A stretch of 64,000 nucleotides of DNA from a bacterium (lineage in GTDB: Bacteria; UBA8248). The translations under genes and the position numbers were made by a program. The stretch covers positions 3,008,001 through 3,072,000 of the forward strand of contig OZ242260.1 of NCBI GenBank assembly GCA_965207065.1. The letters run 5' to 3'. The notes beneath the pieces were generated by a model. The model made no database searches and was not told where the DNA came from. It saw only the letters and a list, made by a program, of their open reading frames with translations. Positions 57,425 to 64,000 of the stretch are shown here, one piece after another. The number at the start of each line of letters is the position of its first letter. The stretch's first letter is position 1.

Positions 57425-58135
57425 TCAGTCCAGAACCGCGACGGCGCGCACCGGCGAGCCCGTCGCGTCTTTCAGCTTGATGGGCAGGCACAGGAAGGTG
57501 AAGCGCTTGCCCACCAGACGCCTGGGTATCACAAGGTTTTCCGTGTTGAGCATCCCCCGCTCCTTGCACACCTGGTGAGAGGGGTAGGGCTCTTCCGATT
57601 CGGGGAACATCTGCGTGGGGTTTTCTATCGTAAACGCCTCACACCCGATGTTGCGCACCCCCCGGTCGGCGAGATACTCGGTGGCGGGCCGGCTCAGGCC
57701 CGCGAATTCTTTCCACCAGATATCGGGATTCGGGTCCTTATAGGACTTCTCGAAATGACCCGTATAGTACAAAAAGGCGTCGCCCTCTTCGATGGAGAGT
57801 CCGTGTTTTTCGAGTTCGCGCTCAATGTGTTCGGTTTCGATGTAGGTCCTGGGCGCGATGTCCGAAAAATCCACGCAAATCGCGCTCGAATAGAAACGAT
57901 CGAGCGGCAACTGGTCGATGGAGGGAGCGTCTCCGGGCACATAGTGGTTCAGGGCGTCCACGTGGCTTCCGGTGTGATCCGAAAGCGTGAGCTTCATGGC
58001 CGCGAAGGAGAATTTCCCCAAAAATCTCTCCGAAGACTCCTCGTGCGTCATCATCGGCTCAATCGCCACCTTGGGGTGAAACGGACGCTCGAATCCACCC
58101 GCCGCCACAGTTTGTGAGAGGTCGATCAGTTCCAT
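57425..58135 (-). CDS. Cyclase family (kynurenine formamidase-like) metal hydrolase
   Basis: IDLSQ, HTGSHVDA..H, ENL, LPIK...TGSPVRAVA motifs. Confidence 0.9.
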   Translation of the reverse strand: MELIDLSQTVAAGGFERPFHPKVAIEPMMTHEESSERFLGKFSFAAMKLTLSDHTGSHVDALNHYVPGDAPSIDQLPLDRFYSSAICVDFSDIAPRTYIETEHIERELEKHGLSIEEGDAFLYYTGHFEKSYKDPNPDIWWKEFAGLSRPATEYLADRGVRNIGCEAFTIENPTQMFPESEEPYPSHQVCKERGMLNTENLVIPRRLVGKRFTFLCLPIKLKDATGSPVRAVAVLD

Positions 58136-58180
58136 GAAATTTTATCCTTTCCTCGTAGAACGCGAATCAAATCTTCGTCT

Positions 58181-59767
58181 TTACGCCATCATGGTCTCGA
58201 CGGGCGCCCAGAAGCGATCGATGTGCAGATCTTCGGCTATCGCGTTCGCGCAGTTGTAGCCGGGCGCTCCCGTCACCGCGCCGCCCACGTGTGAACTCGA
58301 ACCGCAGAGATACAGTTTCCCGACAGGCGTGCGGAAGTCGCTCACATCGGGGTGCGGGCGGTTGTAGCCCAACTGTTCGGGAACGTAGGCGCCCACGTGG
58401 TGGCTCGCCCGGACGAAGTTCGGGTTCATGCGCACGATGTCGAGCGGCGTGTAGAGATAGCTGCCCATGATGTTGTCGTGGTTGATGTTGGGCGCATAGG
58501 GCTTCCAGGAGTCGATGAAGTGCTGGGTGTATTCCTCGCGCCGCGTGTCCCACGCTTCGGCCCCGCCGTCTTTCAGTTCATAGGGCGCAAACGGCCACCA
58601 GTAGCCCACGTGCGTGCCGTCGGGCGAGTAGGTCGGGTCGAAGTGGCTGTTGCTCCCGCCGTTGCCCATGAGCTTGGGCAGTTCGCCGTCGTGGATCGTC
58701 TCGAAGCACTCGTTGATCTCCTCGGTCGAATCCGCGCCCCAGAAGATGTTGAACGTCTTGTTGATGTCGGGATCGAATTTCGCAGCTTTGAAGTCGGGCG
58801 CTTCCTTGAGCGCGAGGTGGATGGTGCAGAGCCCGTGGCTCGCCCACTGGAACTCCAGCGCCGCCTTGGCGAGTCTGCCGCCGAAGTAATCCTCCCCTGC
58901 CAGGCGCACCGTGAGCGGCCAGTTTACCCCGCTTGCCACGAACTCGGTGGCTTCGATGCGGGTTCCGTCTTCCAGAATGACGCCGGTCGCGTCCCCGCTT
59001 TCGACCGTGATCTCGCGGACATCGGCGTTGGTAAGCACCTTGCCGCCGCCTCGCACGACCACGCGCTCCAGCGCCCGTGTGAAGTTCACCGACCCGCCCA
59101 CGGGCAGGGCGAAGCTAGCGATGCGCGAGAAGATTCTCGGGAAGAAGATGCCGGTCGTTGGCGTGTTTTCGAGGGTGAAGGAGCCGAGGAAGAGCTTGAA
59201 CAGCACGCGCAGCCTGTCGTCCTCGAAATGCTGGTCCACCGCCTCGTACATGCTGAGGTTCGCATAGCTCAGGAATTCGCGCCCCAGCGGCCCCGCGAAG
59301 CGCTCTTTCAGTTCTTCTGGCGGCAGGGGAGCGCAGTACATGAAGGAGGTGATGATGTCGAGCATCCCCTCGGTGAATTTGACGTGGAGGTCGCGGTAGG
59401 TTTTCGCGTCGTTCTTGTTGATGCGCTCGATAGATTTGACGGTCTTCTCCACGTCGCGGTGGATGACGAACGCCGTGTCGTCGCTGAACAGGCAGCCTTG
59501 CTGATATTCCGGGAAGATGAGGCTGAAGCCGTATTCGTGGAGTTCCAGGTCGCGCAGGATGGGGCTTCTCTCCAGACCCACGTAATAGTTCGAGTGCAGG
59601 TTGTGCTTGAACCCCGGGAGGGTCACTTCGTGCGTAGAGCAGCCACCGCCAGCGACATCGGAGCGTTCCAGAACGGCTACCTTTTTCCCGGCTTTCGCCA
59701 GATAGGCGGCGCATACCAGGCTGTTGTGCCCTCCGCCGACGAACAATCCATCGTAAGATTCGGTCAT
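58181..59767 (-). CDS. Phytoene dehydrogenase-like FAD-dependent oxidoreductase
   Basis: VGGGHNSLVCAAYLA, PVGG, TPLD, RTPV.KLYLCGSS.H.GG.VTGAPGYN motifs. Confidence 0.9.
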   Translation of the reverse strand: MTESYDGLFVGGGHNSLVCAAYLAKAGKKVAVLERSDVAGGGCSTHEVTLPGFKHNLHSNYYVGLERSPILRDLELHEYGFSLIFPEYQQGCLFSDDTAFVIHRDVEKTVKSIERINKNDAKTYRDLHVKFTEGMLDIITSFMYCAPLPPEELKERFAGPLGREFLSYANLSMYEAVDQHFEDDRLRVLFKLFLGSFTLENTPTTGIFFPRIFSRIASFALPVGGSVNFTRALERVVVRGGGKVLTNADVREITVESGDATGVILEDGTRIEATEFVASGVNWPLTVRLAGEDYFGGRLAKAALEFQWASHGLCTIHLALKEAPDFKAAKFDPDINKTFNIFWGADSTEEINECFETIHDGELPKLMGNGGSNSHFDPTYSPDGTHVGYWWPFAPYELKDGGAEAWDTRREEYTQHFIDSWKPYAPNINHDNIMGSYLYTPLDIVRMNPNFVRASHHVGAYVPEQLGYNRPHPDVSDFRTPVGKLYLCGSSSHVGGAVTGAPGYNCANAIAEDLHIDRFWAPVETMMA

Positions 59768-59876
59768 GATCCCTCTCCTCTGAAAGGACTCAGCCTCACG
59801 GGCTGCTTCACTGTTTGGTCTGACTGTGGCCCTATTCTGCCCTTTTGCGGCGGATATCTCAATACGCCATTACATC

Positions 59877-60269
59877 TCAGGCCTCGGGGATATAAGCCGT
59901 GGCGTCGATTTCCACGAGAAAATCCTCTGAAGCCAGCCCGTCCACGATGACGCCCGTGCTTGCGGGCGCATGGGGGCCGAAGTATTCCGCGATCACCGCG
60001 TAGACGGGTTTCCGGTACGCCCTGTCGGTGATGTAGTTTGTGAGCTTCACGACGTGGGATAGGTCGCCTCCCGCCTCTTCGAGAAGCTGCTTTATGTTCT
60101 CGCACGCCTGACGGGCCTGGGCGGCGGCGTCGCCGAGGGCGGGCGGGGCGCCGTCGAGCCCCTCTCCCGTCTGGCCCGCGAGATAGAGCGTCCTGCCCGC
60201 CAGAAGGGCCTGGGAGTAGCTCCCCGGCCCGGCGGTGACATGCGTGGTGTGGAATTTTAGAAAGGACAT
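59877..60269 (-). CDS. RidA/YjgF family protein
   Basis: YSQA, LYLAGQ, PAST, LVEIDA motifs. Confidence 0.92.
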   Translation of the reverse strand: MSFLKFHTTHVTAGPGSYSQALLAGRTLYLAGQTGEGLDGAPPALGDAAAQARQACENIKQLLEEAGGDLSHVVKLTNYITDRAYRKPVYAVIAEYFGPHAPASTGVIVDGLASEDFLVEIDATAYIPEA

Positions 60270-60402
60270 GGTCTGGTCTCCAGAGATCAGCGGAAAAGCG
60301 GGAATGCGTCGTTGGTGGCGCTCCTGTGGCGCATATATGATCTTTACTGCCAGGGTATAAGGGGAACACGGCGGGCTGCGGACTGCCCACGACGCGCGCC
60401 GG

Positions 60403-60798
60403 CTACTCCATGTCGAACATCGCCGTGGACGCGACCTCGATCAGGTTGTTCTCCGGGTCTCTGAAGAAGATTTGGGGGTAGCCGTAAGGTTCATCATGAA
60501 ACGGGACGCCGTGCGCCTTGAGCCTCTCCTTCATCCCCTCGAGATCTTCGGTCACCATCCCGAAATGATGGTCCATGTATCCATCCTCATTGTCGCTGAT
60601 GGAGTGGGACACATGCGTATCGCTCACCTTGGCGAGATGGATCTGGTGGTCCTCTCCCGCCTCATACCAATAGCCCGGGAAGGGGAAGTGGGGGCGGGGC
60701 ATTTCGGGAAGTTCCAGAATTTCGTTGTAGAATTTGTGCATGGCCGGCAGATCCCGGCAATAGATGCTGAAATGCTGCAGGAATTTGATCTTGGACAT
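60403..60798 (-). CDS. VOC family protein
   Basis: LQHFS, PRP.FPFPG.W, QIHL, HHFG, FFRDPENNLIE motifs. Confidence 0.9.
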   Translation of the reverse strand: MSKIKFLQHFSIYCRDLPAMHKFYNEILELPEMPRPHFPFPGYWYEAGEDHQIHLAKVSDTHVSHSISDNEDGYMDHHFGMVTEDLEGMKERLKAHGVPFHDEPYGYPQIFFRDPENNLIEVASTAMFDME

Positions 60799-60941
60799 CG
60801 GCGTCTCTCCTCAAGGTGTCGGTTTTTCTCTCACACTAATAATGCTCTTTTCCCTCTCTGGCAAGGCGCGGCTTACAGCGGAGATACTCAAATCCGCCCG
60901 ATTGTCGTATTCTGCTGAAACATCTAACAGGAGGATTTCCC

Positions 60942-62345
60942 ATGGCGGGTCGTTTCGTGATCGAAAACGCCTGCGTCCTGACGCAAAACGAGACGCGTCA
61001 GGTCATCCCTCGCGCATCCGTGCTGATCGAGGATGGCCGGGTCGCCGATGTTTCAGAGTCCAAGATTAATGCCGGCGCAGCGCAGGTGGTAGATGGCGAG
61101 GGAATGGCCCTCATGCCGGGGCTGGTGAACGCCCACAGCCACATCATGTGCATTCTGCTGCGCGGCGGCCTGGGCGCGGACAGGCGGCTGATGGACTGGC
61201 GACTGAATGTCATGGCGCCCGGCCAGGTTGCCTATACGCCGGAGGATGCGGCGCTTGCCGTCAAGCTCTTCGCTTGCGAGGCGATTCGCTCGGGCACCAC
61301 GGCGGTAGTGACGAACGAGCGCGTCCCCATCCCCTTGGCCGAAGCGATGATAGAGGCCATGGACGATTCGGGTATGCGGAGCGTCTTCGCTTTGAGTTTC
61401 AACGAAATGTCTCCTTCTGGAAAACTCGCCGAGCGGGCGCACTCCCACATCGCCGCATGGGGCAAGACCTTTCCGCCAAGCTTGAAGACAAGGGAAGAGG
61501 TGTTGGAGGAGACATCCCATCTGGTGGATAAATACCACGGCCGCTCGGCGGGACGGGTTCTCGTCTGGCCGGGGCCGAACATTCCCGTCTACGTGAAGCC
61601 CGAGACCTTCCGCGAGGTGGATGAATGGGCCGGAAAGCGCGGGCTTCGCGTTTCCACGCACGTATCGGAAGACCCGATGGAGTCGGAAGTCGGCGGTCTT
61701 CCCGTCGTGCAGCACCTGGCGGCCTGGGGGCTGCTCTCGGAGCGCCTCGTCGCCGGCCACTGCATCCACTTGAGCGAGGAGGACATACGGCTCTTGAAGG
61801 AATCAGGAACTCAGGTGGTGCATCTCCCATCGAGCAATATGTATCTGGGTTCGGGCGTCTCGCCGGTGCCCCGCATGCTGGGCTACGGAATACCCGTGGC
61901 CTTGGGGACTGACAACGCTAACTGCAACGATCTGGTAAACATGTTCTGGGAGATAAGGCTCGCCTGCCTGCTCCATAAAGGGGTGCATCAGGATCCCGCC
62001 GCCATCACGGCGCAGCAGGTGCTTGATATGGCCACGCGCAACGGGGGGCGCGCGCTCGGACTCGAAGCGGAGACAGGGAGCATAGAGGTGGGCAAGCGGG
62101 CGGACATGATTCTGCTCGACATGAGCGGGCCGCATATGCACCCGAATCATCATTTGCCTTCTGTTCTCGCGTATCAGACCCACGGGACTGAGGTGCGCTG
62201 GGTCTGGGTGGATGGCGAGCCGCTCATGGAGGCAGGGCGGTTGGCCAAGATGAGCGAGGATGAGGAGCGCGCGATTCGCGAGGAGGCGCAGGCGGCATCT
62301 GCCGCCATCGTCGAGCGGGCGGGCCTGGTGGTTCCGGGAGCATGA
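60942..62345 (+). CDS. Amidohydrolase, AtzA/TrzA/MtaD deaminase family
   Basis: PGLVNAHSH, HVSE, AGHC, LGTD, GSIEVGKRAD motifs. Confidence 0.9.
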   Translation: MAGRFVIENACVLTQNETRQVIPRASVLIEDGRVADVSESKINAGAAQVVDGEGMALMPGLVNAHSHIMCILLRGGLGADRRLMDWRLNVMAPGQVAYTPEDAALAVKLFACEAIRSGTTAVVTNERVPIPLAEAMIEAMDDSGMRSVFALSFNEMSPSGKLAERAHSHIAAWGKTFPPSLKTREEVLEETSHLVDKYHGRSAGRVLVWPGPNIPVYVKPETFREVDEWAGKRGLRVSTHVSEDPMESEVGGLPVVQHLAAWGLLSERLVAGHCIHLSEEDIRLLKESGTQVVHLPSSNMYLGSGVSPVPRMLGYGIPVALGTDNANCNDLVNMFWEIRLACLLHKGVHQDPAAITAQQVLDMATRNGGRALGLEAETGSIEVGKRADMILLDMSGPHMHPNHHLPSVLAYQTHGTEVRWVWVDGEPLMEAGRLAKMSEDEERAIREEAQAASAAIVERAGLVVPGA

Positions 62346-62396
62346 AGCGGCGTTCGTGCATCGGATGCCTTAGACGCACAGTGAGGAGGATTTACC

Positions 62397-63503
62397 GTGT
62401 TTGATACCCAGGTGGTGAAGTTTCAGATGTCGGGACCCGAGGACGTCTCGGGCCTTGCGGATGCAGTGGCGGAAGGCCGAATTCAGGCGGCGGACATTCA
62501 GGCCATCATCGCCAAGACGGAGGGAAACGGCCGGGTGAACGACTATTCGAGGCCCTACGCGCTTCATTCCTTCGAGGATTACATGATGGAAAACTTGGGC
62601 CTCTCCCGCGACGAGGTGCAGGGCATGTGCGCGATGGTGATGTCGGGCGGATGCGAGGGGGTCATGAGTCCCCACGCGGTGGCGTTTTCCAAAACCGACG
62701 TGGGCGACGCCGAAAGCCCCGGGGAGAAGCGCCTCTCGATGGGAGTCGCCTTCACCCGTGAGCTTCTGCCCGAGGAACTGGGCACGATGGCGCAGGTGGA
62801 CTTGGTGGCCGAGGCGGCGGAGGAGGCGCTCGAGCGAGCGGGCGTGGATTCGCTGGATGACGTGGGCTACGTGCAGGTGAAATGCCCTCTGCTCACGTCG
62901 GACCGCATCAACGACGCAGCCTCGCGCGGCAAGAAGGTGGTGAGCACGGACACCACGCGCTCGATGAGCCTCTCGAACGGCTGCTCGGCCCTGGGCGCTG
63001 CGGTGGGCATCGGGGAGATTGCCCGCGATTCGTTCGAGATAACCGACGTGTGCAGCCGGGGTGATCTCTATTCCGAGATGATCTCCTGCTCTGCGGGCGT
63101 GGAACTCATGCGCTCTGAAGTCGTCGTACTGGCGAATTCCGCGCAGTCGGTGAGCCGCTATAAGATTGGCCGGGCTGTGATGCAGCACTTGATCGACGCG
63201 GACGCCGTCCGTCAGGCGCTCAAAAACGCGGGACTGGCTTTCGACGGCCTGCCGGGTGCGGAGGATTTGAGCAGAGTGGTGCACGCGTTCGCGAAGGCGG
63301 GCGCGCCCTGGGACGGCAGGCTTCTGGGCAAGCGCGTCACGCTGCTTACGGATTCGGTTCTGGGTACGCGGCCCGTGCGCGCCGTGGCGAACGCGGTCAT
63401 CGCATCGGTGGTGCAGGACCCGGCGGTTTACGTCTCGGCCGGCCTCGTCTTCCACCAGGGGCCGGTGGGCGGAGGGGTGGTCTCCGCCATCATCGAGGCG
63501 TAA
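62397..63503 (+). CDS. Ring-opening amidohydrolase (cyanuric acid hydrolase AtzD/barbiturase family)
   Basis: KTEGNG.VNDYSR, VMSGG.EG..SPH, QVKCPLLT, SCSAGVE, HQGP.GGG motifs. Confidence 0.93.
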   Translation: MFDTQVVKFQMSGPEDVSGLADAVAEGRIQAADIQAIIAKTEGNGRVNDYSRPYALHSFEDYMMENLGLSRDEVQGMCAMVMSGGCEGVMSPHAVAFSKTDVGDAESPGEKRLSMGVAFTRELLPEELGTMAQVDLVAEAAEEALERAGVDSLDDVGYVQVKCPLLTSDRINDAASRGKKVVSTDTTRSMSLSNGCSALGAAVGIGEIARDSFEITDVCSRGDLYSEMISCSAGVELMRSEVVVLANSAQSVSRYKIGRAVMQHLIDADAVRQALKNAGLAFDGLPGAEDLSRVVHAFAKAGAPWDGRLLGKRVTLLTDSVLGTRPVRAVANAVIASVVQDPAVYVSAGLVFHQGPVGGGVVSAIIEA

Positions 63504-63617
63504 GAGGCGGGCGCGTCGTGCCGGATGGGCGGGTGAGTCGTCAATGAAAAATATGCGGATAAGTTATTGAAATGTATGGGGCTGAGATTTTCTCGCGCTT
63601 TTGAGGGCAAAAAATTC

Positions 63618-63646
63618 TTGACACGATTCCGGGCCTTTGCTAGGAT
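63618..63646 (+). promoter_or_regulatory. Strong sigma70-type promoter
   Basis: TTGACA-17 nt-TAGGAT, with an extended -10 TG and an A-tract upstream. Confidence 0.75.
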
Positions 63647-63678
63647 TTGTTTGCACATATAGAAAGAGGAGGGCTGTC

Positions 63679-63774
63679 ATGGTAAGACGACTGATAGTAA
63701 CCGCCCTTGACGCAAATCTCCGGAGGGTTCTGAAAACGGCTCACCACCGGAAGAGGGTTCTCAAGAAACCCTAA
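63679..63774 (+). CDS. Small basic peptide (31 aa) MVRRLIVTALDANLRRVLKTAHHRKRVLKKP; small protein or leader peptide
   Basis: SD GAGGAGG 6 nt before ATG 63679; TAA at 63772-63774; flanked by a promoter and a terminator. Confidence 0.6.
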   Translation: MVRRLIVTALDANLRRVLKTAHHRKRVLKKP

Positions 63775-63827
63775 GTTGACCCTTGGTGTTACCTGAAACG
63801 GAACATTGAGGGAAATTCAATAAACAG

Positions 63828-63860
63828 CAGGCGGCGTCGACGGGCGCCGCCTGTTTTTTT
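63828..63860 (+). terminator. Intrinsic terminator
   Basis: CAGGCGGCGTC-GACG-GGCGCCGCCTG followed by T7. Confidence 0.85.
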
Positions 63861-64000
63861 GTGCGTTTTTGGAGGAGGGGCGGGGAAAATCCCACTTCCC
63901 CGGCAGCGACGAAGCACCCCCGTTTTCCTCACCCGCCGGGAGGATGGCAGCCCCATCCCTCGATACGGCGCTGCGCGCCTGCTCAGGATGAGAGGCGATG

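Noticed and set aside
58352-59950. Long antisense ORFs (532 aa here; also 54276-55493, 44176-45333, 62370-63455, 25544-26602 and 4812-5816)
   Set aside because: They lie opposite well-supported genes in GC-rich DNA and contain no recognisable motifs, so they are shadow ORFs.
63650-63860. tRNA-Sec, 6S RNA or a known riboswitch
   Set aside because: I recognise no cloverleaf with a UCA anticodon, no long 6S-like rod and no riboswitch consensus. The SD and ORF explain the region better, but an Rfam scan is still needed.
1-64000. Genome-wide UGA reassignment (genetic code 4 or 25) as the explanation for the in-frame TGAs
   Set aside because: Many genes end in TGA at their expected C-termini (leuS, prpB, M20), several with ATGA or TGATG overlaps, and Trp is encoded by TGG. 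Only two genes have internal TGAs.
1-64000. CRISPR arrays, transposases, integrases and prophage or defence genes
   Set aside because: I saw no regularly spaced direct repeats and no such protein motifs.

Overview
A 64 kb, gene-dense stretch of a bacterial chromosome with no rRNA, tRNA, CRISPR array or mobile element visible. Housekeeping genes (leuS, hflX, mgtE, rlpA, mqnD, DsbA-, M16-, M20- and M42-family proteins) are mixed with many small catabolic modules: an acyl-CoA mutase with a crotonase-family gene, a SuyAB-like lyase, glcDEF with cupins, prpB with two MmgE/PrpD genes, and an amidohydrolase with an AtzD-family enzyme. The main signal is two genes that the ORF track splits at a single in-frame TGA, each followed by a bacterial SECIS-like hairpin. 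One is a deiodinase-like selenoprotein (TUPPF, 52368-53006), a known family. The other is the alpha subunit of a class I CoA-transferase-fold enzyme (13183-14010). Its predicted Sec102 aligns with the catalytic Glu of IpdA, and its beta partner lacks the canonical catalytic Glu at the aligned position, so it is a candidate new selenoenzyme. Other notable features are a B12 mutase with a rebuilt active site, a probable ATC start codon for hflX, a hybrid AtzD/barbiturase enzyme, and an unannotated 31-codon basic peptide with its own promoter and terminator. All family assignments and alignments come from motif recognition and memory; no searches were run.
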